Assembly (NCBI RefSeq): GCF_009914755.1
Contig: NC_060925.1
Direction: 5' to 3' (one strand)
Origin: the human T2T-CHM13v2.0 reference genome, Homo sapiens
DNA length: 64,000 nucleotides
Within the stretch, counting starts at the first letter, position 1; every line of letters starts with the position of its first letter. The position numbers and the translations under genes were made by a program. Below, piece by piece: positions 45,456 to 60,373 of the stretch. The notes beneath the pieces were generated by a model. That model saw only the letters and a program-made list of their open reading frames with translations. It made no database searches and was not told where the DNA came from.

Positions 45456-46731
45456 AACCTCATAAAAAGATTCCAAAGTTGGAGAGAAATTCTAATAAAG
45501 ATTTTACTTACTAGTTTATTACTTTATGTGGAAAATAAAGGACAAAACATTAATAACGGGACACATAAAGGTCTGCCTCCAAGGGAATTGTGTGACTTAG
45601 TAAACAGAAAAGAAAAAATGTTGAGTTTGTGGATTAAAAAGCAAACTTGAAAGTGTGCCTCCTTCACTTTCTGCTGGCAAGGAAAAAAAAAAGAGAAAAG
45701 AAAGAACAAGAAAAAAATAAGGTTTTAAAGAAAAGAATTTTAAAAAAAAGAATTTAAAAAACACTTGACATACTTTCTCAGGAAAGCAAAAGCAGCCTGC
45801 ACTGTGACTTAAACATAACAGTAGTAGAAATTCACTTTCATTGTTATTTCTCTCTCTATTTTTTGGCCTATAAAGGTCAGGCTCATAGAATAAGGAATTC
45901 ATTGGTCTTCAGAGCATTCAAGGAATCAGTGGGTGGGGAGTGCTAACCGAGAAGCTGACAAAAGTGTTGACTTCTGGTACTAAAGAGAGAAAATAGATAA
46001 ATGAAAAATGAAGCAGATGATAAAAAAAGAAATAGAAAAAAGAGAGAGAAAATATTGGCCAGAACAAAATTGTAATGTGCGGAAGGGATCTACATGTCCA
46101 TCGGTAGGAAAATGGCAAAATATGTTCATCAGACAAGGACCCTTCAGCTGTGATGAGGAACATTCTTCATTCCAACAAGAAAGGAAGTTTACAAATTATC
46201 CAGGGAAAAATCAAGTTGCAAAACAATGTATCCAATATGACCCCACTTGTGTAAAACTGTGTATGTGTATTTGTACTAACATTCACATTTCTCTGTATGT
46301 ATAGAAAAGTCTGGAAGTGTAGCCATCAATGTGTTCATTATGTTTACTTCTGAGGGATGGAATGGGAGAAGGGACAAGTGTGCAAGGCAAAGAGGGGACT
46401 TTTACCAGCCCCAGCGTTTATAAAGATCAGTACATGACTAATCTTTAACCTACACTCCTCACTCCATATTATTTTGAAGCAAAGATAAAAATTTTAATAG
46501 ATCTCTGTTGCTTGAATATTTTTATAATAGGTCTTTATTATTTGATAATGGTTGTGTTTACTGCTGGAAACTGTTAATAGATGCCGTACTCCTAATAGCA
46601 ATAGCTGTCATTTCCTATTACAGTGTGAGGCACTGTTCTTTTTTTAAATTCATGTCTTACTTAGATTTTGTAGGTATGTTTAATAAATTTAATACCCATT
46701 AAATTTAAATAGATGCATCTAGATAATATAC

Positions 46732-47640
46732 TTTTTTTTTCTTTTTCTTATTATACTTTAAGTTCTGGGATACATGTGCAGAACATGCAGGTTTGTTACA
46801 TAGGTATATGCGTGTTCTGGTGGTTTGCTGCACCCATCAACCCGTCATCTACGTTAGGTATTTCTGCTAATGCTATCTGTCCCCTTAGCCCCCAGGCCCC
46901 TGGCAGGCCCTGGTGTATAATGCTCCCCTCCCTGTGTCCATGTGTTCTCATTGTTCAACTCCTACTTATGAGTGAGAACAGGCAGTGTTTGGTTTTCTGT
47001 TCCTGTGTTAGTTTGCTGAGAATGATGGTTTCCAGCTTCATGTCCTTGCAAAGACATGAACCCCTCCTTTTTTATGGCTGCGCAGTATTCCATGGTGTAT
47101 ATGTGCCACATTTTCTTTACCCAGTCTATGGGCATTTGGGTTGGTTCCAAGTCTGCTATTGTGAATAGTGCTGCAATAAACATACATGTGCATGTGTCTT
47201 TATAGTAGAATGATTTATAATCCTTTGGGTATATACCCAGTAATGGAATTGCTGGGTCAACTGGTATTTCTGGTTCTAGATCCTTGAGGAATTGCTACAC
47301 TGTCTTTCACAGTGGTTGAACTAATTTACATTCCCACCAACAGTGTAAAAGCGTTCCTATTTCTCCACGTCCTCTCCAGCATCTGTTGTTTCCTCACCTT
47401 TTAATGATCGCCATTCTAACTGGTGTGAGATGGTATCTCATTGTGGTTTTGATTTGCATTTCTCTGACGACCAGTGATGATGATGAGCTTTTTTTCATGT
47501 TTGTTGGCTGCATAGATGTCTTCTTTTGAGGAGTGTCTGTTCATATCCTTTGCCCACTTTTCGATGGGGTTGTTTTTTTTCTTGTAAAATTGTTTAAATT
47601 CCTTGTGGATTCTGGATATTAGACCTTTGTCAGATGAGTA
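46732..47640 (-). mobile_element. L1PA (older primate) 5'-truncated copy
   Basis: Reverse L1 3' UTR and ORF2 end (ORF 46962-47183 '[10 protein letters not shown]…[11 protein letters not shown]'). Confidence 0.93.
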
Positions 47641-48630
47641 TCTTGCTATTACAAATTAGTCTGCTATGATAACTTCTGTACAAGTTTTCCTTACAGACAT
47701 ATGCATTCATTTCTTTTGGATAAATATCTAGGAATGGAATGTCTGGATTCTGTGGTATGTATATGTTGACTTTTTAAAGATAATACTAAATGAAAGTGGT
47801 TGTGCCATTTTACATTCCCACCTGCAGTATATGAGAGTCTCATTTCTTCCACATTCTTGCCAGTAGGGTCACTGTTTTCAAATTTAGCCATTCTAATTGC
47901 TGTGTGGTGGTATCTTTTTGTGGTTTTAATTTGCATTTCCTAATGACTAATGATAGTGGTTAATTTTCATGTCTTCATTTGCCATTCATATATACTCTTT
48001 CATGAAGTGTTTGTTCATGTATTTTGCTCATTGCAGGGAGCAAGGGGAGTGTTTTTTTAATTATTATTGAGGTTTTGGAATTTTTTATACATCCCGGATG
48101 CCAGCCATTATCAGATATATGCAAATATATACTCCCAATGTGGTTCATCTTCTTATTCTCTCAACAGGGTCTTTCAAAGTGCAGAAGTTTGTAAATTTGA
48201 TGAAGTTCAGTTTATTAAAAAAAAAAAATTTTTATGTATCATGTTTTTGGTGACCAATCTGAGAAATCTGTGCATAATCCAAGGTTTTCTTCTAGAAGTT
48301 TTATACTTTTAGGCTTTACATTTAGGTCTATTATGTATTTTGAGTTCACTTTTACATATGGTATGAGATGTGGATCAAAGCATTTTTTTCATGCAAATAT
48401 TTTATTGTTGCAGCACCATTTGTTGAAAAGACTATTCTTTCTTCACTGAATTGTCTCATCAAAAATCAGTTGTCCGTATATGTATGAATCTATTTCTGAA
48501 CTTTTATTCTATTGATTTGTCTATTTTGATGCCATTACTATACCATCTTGATTACTGTCACTTTATAAGTCACCTTAAAATCAGATAATGTTGGTCCTCC
48601 AACTCTGTTCTTTTTCAAAGTTGTTTTGGT
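47641..48630 (-). mobile_element. Old L1M fragment
   Basis: ORF 47691-47936 'MQIKTTKRYHHTAIRMAK' is L1 ORF2-like. Confidence 0.82.
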
Positions 48631-50389
48631 TAGTCCTTCGTATGTGTATGTATATTTTAAAAATTTACATATGCAATTCTGACTTTCATAAAATTTCCAC
48701 TAGGTGATTTGTTAGAAGCCCAACAACCTCCTTGTGACCTAGGCCCTGTTTAAATGCATTAAGGATATGGCTGATAATGGCTTAAGTACTGTTCCCTACT
48801 GGCTGAAGCTGAAAGTAGACCTGAGAAGTTGAGATGGCTAATACAAAAGCCAACAGTCTTTCAGAAGTGAACATAACATGGAACTGTAGCAGGAGCATCG
48901 AGGGACCCCACAGTTAGCAAAAAGAACCAACAGAACCTAAGGAATACTTCCAGTACTTTCTTAGGCATAGTTTAATATGCTCCCATTTTAAAATAAAGTA
49001 CAAATAAACCCTATCCATCATTAACACTTTAGCATTTGAATCAGGTGATGAGAGCACATTCTTCCAGGCAAGATTGTAAAACCAAATGGAAGGCAAGATT
49101 TCCCTGGAGGTAGAGAAGGAGGAGACAGATTCTGTTGGGCACAGGAAGGAAAGGCAAGACTGCTTGGGATATCTGAGGCCCAAGGCAGCCAGAGGTGGCA
49201 CATGGCCACTGGGGCCTGAGGGGAAAGGATTTACCAAAAGAGGTGAGAATATGCTGCTTTGACCACTTTGCAAATTAACTGGGTGCCCCATGGCAGCAAT
49301 TGCCTAGTGATTACCTGGAAAATCTTTATGTGTGTGTGTGGTTTTTTTTTTTTTTTTTTTTGACTGCCTATGTGCAGTTCAGCATTTCCACTTCCTGCTC
49401 CATTTACAAAAGGGTCCCAAAGTTTATCTTGTGACATTTGGTCCTTTATTAAGAGGAAGCAATAGGTGGTCATTTTTAGAGGATAACATCCTGTGCTTTT
49501 ACCATTTCCATAAAAGGGAGGGGATTTAGCTACTTCTCAAGAGAAAAGAGTATGAGAGAATCACTTCCAGCTTCTCTTTAAACCCCTAATTTACTGTTCC
49601 CCAAGTCACAAAGAATGACTCATCTGAGTAGTGAATTGAGAAGAACTTGAGCATGCTTGGCTAGGGGCCTTCTGCATTCTCTCACCACACACCAGCCTGT
49701 TGGTAATACATACTTTTATGGTGCTGACAGCCTCTGCCCATGCCAGGAGAGGTCTTTTTTCATTAACTCCACCAGTGACTAGGTGGGGATGATCAGATCA
49801 CAGAGGATATATGAAGAAGCCCACTTGGCCATAGACCCAAGTCATATTCTCCAGCTTACCTTTGTCAAAAGTAAATTTGGTATTTTGATCTCTATGTCTG
49901 GCTCCTATGCCCTGGTTCTAATCTTAGGAAGGAAAGATACATTTTTGGTGGTTTCCTACCAACCCTATGTTGGTAGTTCAGGCGAAAATATGCTGGTAGG
50001 AAAGGGTTAAAAGTGTGAGAGGAAACAAAATGAAAAAAAAAATGTGTTCAGGGAAACAGCACTGAGAAGTCCTCAAGGCAGAAATGCAGGCTGTAAGAAT
50101 TGGGCTTTAGCTCTGTTCCTGCCAGTGTGGAACCTACAGGGTTCATGAAGAATGGGCCCCATTTGGGACACAATCTCAGACTGCAGACAGACCCTCCCCA
50201 ACCCTGCTATAGGAGACCTTTCACTCTCTCTATCGCCAGCTCCGGGTGGGAATTAGTCAAGTGTCTTACCTAGACATGGTGCTTTTGTTCCTTAAAAAGA
50301 AAACAGACTGGTGTTATCTGTGTGTTCAACTTTCAATGCAGCTTTGACTTTTCTTGTGTCCCAACATTTGTGATAGAAAAGATGGAGAT

Positions 50390-50820
50390 TGTCTTAGTCC
50401 ACTTTGTGTTGCTATAAAGGAAAACCTGAGGCTAAGCAATTTATAAAGGAAAAAGGTTTATTTGACTCATGATTCTGGTGGCCAGAAAGTTCAAGATTGG
50501 GTGAGGGCTGCTGGCTGCTTCCATTCACAGGAGAAGGTGAAGGAGAGACAGTGTATGCACAGGTCACGTGGCAAGGAAGGGGTGGTGGTGGAGGGAGAGT
50601 GTGCAAGGAAGTGCTAGGCTATTTTTAACAACTGGCTCTATTGGAATGAATACAGTGAGAATTCACTCCTTACTCCACCTCCCAGGGAGGGCATTAATCT
50701 ATTCATGAGGAATCTGCCTCCATGACCCAAACAACTTTCACCTCCCAAGACACCACACTGAGGACTAAATTTTGACAAGAGATTTGGTGGAGACAAACAA
50801 ACCATATCCAGACCATAGCA
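50390..50820 (-). mobile_element. MSTB-type MaLR solo LTR
   Basis: TG…CA termini (TGTCTTAGTCC…CCATATCCAGACCATAGCA) and an imperfect 5-bp TSD GAGAT/GAGAC. Confidence 0.88.
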
Positions 50821-51156
50821 GAGACTAAACTCAGTATTTCCCAAAGTGTGGTATGCATGTTAAGGTGTACATAACTGTACATAGAGCTCACACCTTAATT
50901 ATCTCAATAGTTGTGAATTCATTTTAGTGTATAGAAAAAACTGTTTAACTCGTTAATGACAAGTGATACTGGTTTTCCATATATGGCAGCAGTGTGAAGT
51001 TTTACATTTCAATTTTTTTCAATTGAAAAAATAATTTTAGATAAAATAAAGTAATATTACACACAGTATTTAAATATGGTAGAAATTGTGCAGGTTGTCT
51101 GTGAATGATGGGAGTCTAGGATAGCTAAAAGTAATTTGGTAAGAATTACAAGATAT

Positions 51157-51386
51157 ACCTAAGGTCAGGAGTTCACGACCAGTCTGGCCGACATGGTGAA
51201 ACCCCAGCTGTACTAAAAATACAAAAATTAGCTGGGTGTGGTGGCACGTGCCTGTAATCCCAGCTACTCAGGAGGCTGAGACAGAATTGCTTGAACCCGG
51301 GAAGCAGAGGTTGCAGTGAGCCGAGATCACACCGCTACACTCCAGCCTGGGTGACAGAACAGGACTTCATCTCAAAAAAAAGAAAT
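51157..51386 (+). mobile_element. 5'-truncated AluS
   Basis: TSD AATTACAAGATAT on both sides. Confidence 0.9.
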
Positions 51387-51612
51387 AATTACAAGATATT
51401 CATTACTTGTATACAAATGAATACAAAATATTCATTACTTTTTAGAAGCTATTAATAGCAATGTTGGTTCTTTCTAACAGTGATGAATTCTAAGATTTGT
51501 GATGAACTAATACCACAAATCTTTTAGAGGTTAATTATAATCACACAAAGTTCACCAACAATTGAATCTTTTTTTTTGGCTTCCAAAATGACACTTACTG
51601 TGAAATATCCTG

Positions 51613-51795
51613 ATTTACCCACCCACTGACTTGTAGTCACTAATTTTCCCAAGACCACTTTAACTATAAAAAAAAGACAAGTCGTTTTTTAAAAAGAGAT
51701 AAAACATTACTCTCTTAACCACAAATAATTACTCAGGAGTGAATATTTTTAAAATTATGTAGACATTGCGATTATAGTACTTAGTCTTTTCCTAA
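51613..51795 (+). repeat. Local ~180-bp direct duplication, copy 1
   Basis: Near-identical to 53012-53190. Confidence 0.95.
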
Positions 51796-53011
51796 TGTCC
51801 TGATGCCTGCAACTTACTTTGAAATGCACAAAAAAATATGACAAATAATGGATAGATATGTGATTGAGCAAATATAACAAAAAGCTTATAAATTATAGAA
51901 TCTGGATGCTAGATATATGGGTATTCACCATAAAATTTTCAACTTTTCTATAAAGTTGAAAGTGTTCATAAACGTTGAGGGAAAAGACACTGGTATGGCT
52001 TCTTTTATGTATATTTCCTTGGCTTTATAGGTGAATTTGATATAGAGTACAGATCAAATGTAGATTTATAACCTTGGACAGATGGCACTTTATGCTCTGA
52101 CATTTCTTATCTACCAGCCTAGACAAGTAGTTTTCACTTACCTAACGATTCAAACTTGCTCTTAGGTTAAAGAGTGGGTTTTACAATGGCCACAGGGGGA
52201 GAAAAGGCAAAAACAGACGCAAACAGGCTGGCAACCTGCATCTCGTTTCTTGAACAAAGGTCAAGAACAAGGGGTCACCGTTCAATATCTGCAGCTGTGA
52301 AAAAAATGTGAGCTGCAGGCATGCTGTTTCATAACTTTCACACAAAAAAGTCTTGAATGTGAGGGGCTTTCCTGTTTCTTCATTAAATGTGTATTGCACT
52401 TTTCTAAAGTTGAAATTTTAAACTCTCTTTGGAAAATTATTTTGAAGAGTGGAATTTCCAAAGTATATAGAATATAGAGGGCAACACCAAGTTTCTACTA
52501 CATCTATACCTCCATTAAGCAAGAAAGCCAGATTAACCCAAATAACTTAAAAGCATGTCAAGTGGCCTTATGAAACAAATAAGAATGAAGTTAACCCAAC
52601 CCAAGGGCAATGTTTACGCATTTTCTCATTGCTTAAAACAAGCACTTGACATTGAGGAAAATAAAAACATTAAATGTAGTGCCTGTCCCTCAAAGTGGTT
52701 TCTCTGCTATTTTTTCTAATAAGGAAGAGTTCTACTTATAGGGTTCATTCAAGTTTATGAAAATGTTTTAACAAAATGAAAAATAGTTTTTTCCAGTTCT
52801 AGAGAAAGTGCATATGAAGTAAATTAGGTCAAAATTAAGAGGATATATTTTGCTCTTTATGATTTCTATAAAGAAATGATGCATTTTAACAAAATATTTC
52901 TTAAAGATGTTTCTTTGTCATGGTGAGATGTGCATTTTCATACACATATCACATAAATAATTGTTTCGACTGTGTTCTGCAGCAAAGAAATGCTACAAAA
53001 AATCACCCCAA

Positions 53012-53190
53012 ATTTACCCACCGACTTGTAGTCATTAATTTTCCCAAGACCACTTTAACTATAAAAAAGACAAGCCATTTTTAAAAAAGAGATAACATTA
53101 CTCTCTTAACCACAAATAATTTATTACTCAGGAGTGAATATTTTTAAAATTATGTAGACATTGCGATTATAGTACTTAGTCTTTTCCTAA
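53012..53190 (+). repeat. Local ~180-bp direct duplication, copy 2
   Basis: Near-identical to 51613-51795. Confidence 0.95.
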
Positions 53191-53224
53191 CAAAAAGACA
53201 ACCATTCTCAAGTATCTTATTACA

Positions 53225-54040
53225 GTTATTCATTGATTAACAATTAATTGAACAGCTTCTATGTTATAGTCCCTAGGCATATGGCAATGAACTAGATTGT
53301 TATACAAAGTCCCTGCTGCCATGGAGATTACATTCTACAGGAGTGGACATAGACAATAAATGAATAAACAAATAAATAAATGAGATAATTTCAGATAATG
53401 ATAAAGCCTTGAAGCCCAGGTGATAGACAAAAAGTGACAATGGATGTGGGTGTAGTTTTTTAAACATTTTTCTTCTTAAATTTGGTTTAAATGTAAACAT
53501 TTACCAAAGTGATAAATATCTGCAGTTTAGTCAGATAGTACCATAAGTATTTATTAATAGCATTTATTACAAAAAAACCCAGAAATCTCCATCTGCTTCT
53601 TCCCCTTATTCTCAGAGCAGGCTGTTCAGAAGCAGGCTCTTTGAAGTGACATTTGAGCAGAGAAGCGAATGACAAAAAGGAACTGCTTAAGTAACATCTG
53701 GATAAAGAGCTTTCCAGACAGGGGCAATGGCAAGAGCAGAGAGCCTCAGACAGCAATGAGGGTCCCCAGTGTTGCTAGAGCCAGGGAGCAAGGGAGAAGG
53801 CCTAGGAAATGATGCAGTATATCTTTTTCATAGTAGCTTCCATGAATAGACTGGATCGTGGGTGTAGAGAGGGGAGAGTGATAGCAGAGAGGAAATATGA
53901 GATTGAGGGATGATGGTGGCTTGGACTAGGGTATTAGCAGTGACAAACTCCAATGCAGTTTAAGACACACAGCACTTAGACCTGTTGATGGCTGGGATAT
54001 ACAGGGGGGACAGGGTAAGAAAGACTCCAATTTTGGAGCA
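53225..54040 (-). mobile_element. L2 fragments
   Basis: AAAGTCCCTGCTGCCATGGAGATTACATTCTA…GATGATGGTGGCTTGGACTAGGGT. Confidence 0.65.
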
Positions 54041-54924
54041 ACAGGGTTCAGATGATTAGGAAAGTGTTGTGTATATTTGTCACTGTTTTGCCTGCTCAGC
54101 ATCCAAATCTCCTTCTGCGATCATAGAATCTACTTACTATGTAAATTCTAAGAAAGGATGCAAGCTAATTCCTCTCTGCCTCCTGGAAGCTGGAGTACAA
54201 TCTCATGCTTCTGTCTGGGACTGTGAATCAGGAGTAATGGAGAATGAGGATGTTTTCTAACTAACTCCAGTGGGGAGTACATGAGGCTGCTTAGTGACAG
54301 TGACAGCAACAGCAGTGTCATAACCAGGTATGGCCTTGATTGCTGTCATTCTGACGACCTAGCCTCTCTTAGTTTCTGTTTCTTTTCCAAGTCTATTTCT
54401 CAAGCTTGCCCATTAAAAAAAATTTAAAAAGAGGTATGACATATAAAGGGCACAAATCTTAAGTATGCAACCTGATATGTAAACACCTATGAAACCACCA
54501 CCTAGACCAAAATATAAAAGACTTTCAGCACCCTCAAAGTCTTCCCTTTGATACACTATTTTCTCAACAAATTCAATTTCTGCCTGAGTTAGCAAGTCCA
54601 TTTCAGGCTGAGGCAGAATGCAATCAAGAAATCTGACTTGTGGCACTTCAGTGTTTATCACATATGACCCTTTTGCATTCAGAGTGAAAATTGGTCAGGA
54701 AAAACAGCAAAAGAGCATTTTTGTACCAAAGTCCTCAAGTGAGTAAGCCTCAAATTAAGACTTGTTATTATTAATCATAATACAACTTTATCATACCAAA
54801 GTACCTAAAAATTGATATATTTAATTTATAAAATCTTAACCATCAAACTCAATCTGTGGTCTGGAAACTAAATTCTTTTCAGGGACCCTACCAGTACTCA
54901 ACCTTGTTTCTTTAGGGTCCCTAA

Positions 54925-55198
<274 letters not shown>

Positions 55199-55207
55199 TG
55201 AAGTCTT

Positions 55208-55541
55208 GCTGGGCGCGGTGGCTCACGCCTGTAATCCCAGCACTTAGGGGGGCCAAGGCTGGCAGATCACGAGGTCAGGAGATCGAGACCATCCTGGCTA
55301 ACACAGTGAAACCCCCGTCTCTACTAAAAAACAAAAAACCAAACAAACAAAGAAACAAAAAAAAAACACAAAAAATGAGCCTGGCATGGTGGCAGGCGCC
55401 TGTAGTCCCAGCTACTCGGGAGGCTGAGGCAGGCGAATGGCGTGAACCCGGGAGGCGGAGCTTGCAGGAGCCGGGATCGCGCCACTGCACTCCAGCCTGG
55501 GCGACAGAGCAAGGCTCTGTCTCAAAAAAAAAAAAAAAAAT
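55208..55541 (+). mobile_element. AluY with expanded A-rich linker
   Basis: Full dimer; TSD ATGAAGTCTT. Confidence 0.93.
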
Positions 55542-56480
55542 AATAAATCAAAAGATATAGATGAAGTCTTCTGGCCTTCTTATTCTAGTAGTAACTCTAT
55601 GAGCACCATCACCAAGTACAGAGGCATTAGTACTAATCGTTAACAGGACATTATAAGACATTTTAATAACTACTATATTAACAACACCAACGTCCAATAG
55701 AAGGAACTCACTGAAAAAACATGGAGTCATTTCAATCTCATTTGATGGCGCTCCATCATTCAGCTGCTCAGGCCCTACTCCTTTCATAGTCCACTGGCAG
55801 ATTCTTTTAGCTCCTGCTTCAAAATATATCCAGAATCCAACCATATCTCACCATCTCTATTGTTTCTATCCTTGTCCGAATCTTTCTAGCCTGGACTACT
55901 GCAAAACTGGATGCTTGAAGGTAATAGTGAAATGTCTTCAAAATTCTAAAGAAAAATGAGTTTGAACATAGAACTGCAGGCCCAATAAAAATAAAGTGTG
56001 AGGAAAAAATAAAGGCCTTGTCAAACACACAAGGACTCCTAGTTTCTCTCCCATGCACCCTTTCTGGGGGAAAAAAAGGCACCTGTAAATATACTTCAGC
56101 AAACAGAAAAGACAAATTCAAGAAAGAATGCAGCAAAAAAAAAAAAAAAGAAAAGAAAAAGAAAAAAGAAAAGAAAGAAAAGAAAGAAAAAAAAAATAGG
56201 AGTACAAAGAAAATACATCCCAAGATGATAGCTAAAAATCACTTTGTCCTAATTTGATGAAGCTGATTAAGAAGCATAAAATGATCTCGGGGTTAGAGTG
56301 AAGAACATACTTCCTTCCTTCCTGTCAATTCTGTCAAAGAAAAATAAAGACAAGAATATAGTTCCAGAATCCCAAGATGAGAGCTAAAAGCACTCTGAAC
56401 AAATCTGGTAATTCAATAGTATGATTAAAAGAAGAGCTACAGTAAAGCAAGTGTTTTTCTTCTGTCGAGAAATAAAAGCA

Positions 56481-56625
56481 GGCTGGAAGCAGTGGCTCAT
56501 ACTGTAATCCCAGCACTTTGGGAGACTGAGGCGGAAAGGATCGCTTGAGCCTACAAATTTGAGACCAGTCCTGGCAACATAACAATACCCCGTCTCTATT
56601 GAAAGATTTTTTTTTAAAAAAAAGA
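56481..56625 (+). mobile_element. FLAM/Alu monomer
   Basis: Single left monomer. Confidence 0.8.
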
Positions 56626-57339
56626 AATAAAAGCAATTACTTACTCCAGGAACCATTAAAGTATGCAAAAGCCATGACCCAATTACGTAGCAAATGACAC
56701 ATGGCATGATTTGGGGAAGTTGACGACTGGCTATAAAAGAATCCATTTGGCCTTTATGTATGAAACATTCTGCTTAAATCAGCACAGACTTAAGGATATA
56801 AGATAGATACATAGAAGGAGATAAATCACCTGGTTTACCTGTGCATACTTTTGCATAGTGTGACTGCTAGTTACTGATTTGCAGTGTTTAGAATAAATAT
56901 ACAGTATACAGTATATACAATATACAAATAAATATACAGTATAAAGGGAAAACTATACATCTATTAAAACTGATTATATAAACTAATAGTATAACTTAAG
57001 AGAAGTTAGGAGGTAAAGGACAGTAATGGAAGGGAAGTACAAGGTTGGTCATTTCCTCAATGTTATGGAAATATATTTAAAGTCAATGGATCAAAAAAAT
57101 TATTAACTACAGTTATAAAGGAGAACAAATGAACTAAAAACATAACAAAAATGGTGAGAAGGAATGAAGTGAGATAAACTGTTTATCATTCATAGAATAA
57201 CAAATTTGGCTTAAATGATAAGAAACAGCAGCAAGAAACGTGCTGTTAACCTCTAAGAGGTGAAATTGGTGTGGATGGCAGACAGAAACACTTGTACTTT
57301 TATTTTCTATCCATCTGAATTGTTTAGAATTTTTATTCA

Positions 57340-57537
<198 letters not shown>

Positions 57538-58009
57538 TTAAAGCTGGCAGCCTCAGAAAGGAGCAACAGTTGACACTACAGAAAGATCCTAGGAAATTAT
57601 AAAAAGCAGGTATAAAAACTCGCAAAAAATATTTGAAGTAAAATGCCATTTAAAGTAAAGACATCTAAACTTATCCAACACTTCTGGTACAGCAGAGTCA
57701 ATAAAAGCAGTTTATAGCTATAACTCGGTGATGAGACAACAAAAAAATGATAGAATTCTCTAAGAGGGCAGAGATCAACTTTAAAACTATTCTCATCCAA
57801 AATAATATAGTAATATAGTAATACAAGCATGGCCCTTAAAAGTATTTCAGATTCTGGAAAATTCTGGACAAATAAATGTTATTTACATATATTGATGGAT
57901 AATACATGATGGTCCAAAATTTTAACACCTTTGCTTAAAAAGAATATTAAAATAAGTGATCCTTAAAACCATTATAATAGCATAACACGAAGATTATAAT
58001 ATTTTAATA

Positions 58010-59873
<1,864 letters not shown>

Positions 59874-60373
59874 TCAAAAACTCATATTAAGCTTGTTTTT
59901 GTTGAGCTCACGTTCCAGATTTCCAATCAAAGTATCAATACTTTCTTGTAGATCTTTGAGATTGTTTTTTCGATCCACTGTAGACTCAATTGTCTGCATT
60001 GTCAAATATGTCTGAAATGTACACTCTTTGGACATGGGAATTGGCTGTTCAATCATTACTTCTGGCCCATCCATTTTGCTATAATTTTCTCCGATTTTTC
60101 TATCTTCTGAAGGGACATCATCATAATCCACATCATTTAAATTTTCTTTTGTATTTAAAAAGTAGTTTTCCCCACAGCTGCTCCAGTCTCCTGCATAACG
60201 ATTGCTAAGTGGACTGTCTAATCGGTTTTGCCTTGGCCTAAGTACTCCTGATGAATCAGTACCACTCAAATTTAACATATGAGGTCGTTCTTTCTTCTGC
60301 CTCAAATAATTCAGAGAAGACTTCTGCTCTGGGAATAAATTGTCTGTTGATTTTTTGACAGTTAAACGCTGCA
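59874..60373 (-). CDS. SYDE2: SYDE2 (Rho GTPase-activating protein) terminal coding exon
   Basis: ttgtttctag| acceptor at 60374-60375, phase 1, 500 nt ([17 protein letters not shown]…[13 protein letters not shown]…[29 protein letters not shown]). C-terminus recognised as SYDE2. Confidence 0.92.

Noticed and set aside
56093-56200. Lysine-rich ORF 56018-56257 and its antisense Phe-rich ORF
   Set aside because: An A-rich low-complexity tract next to a degraded L1-like fragment.
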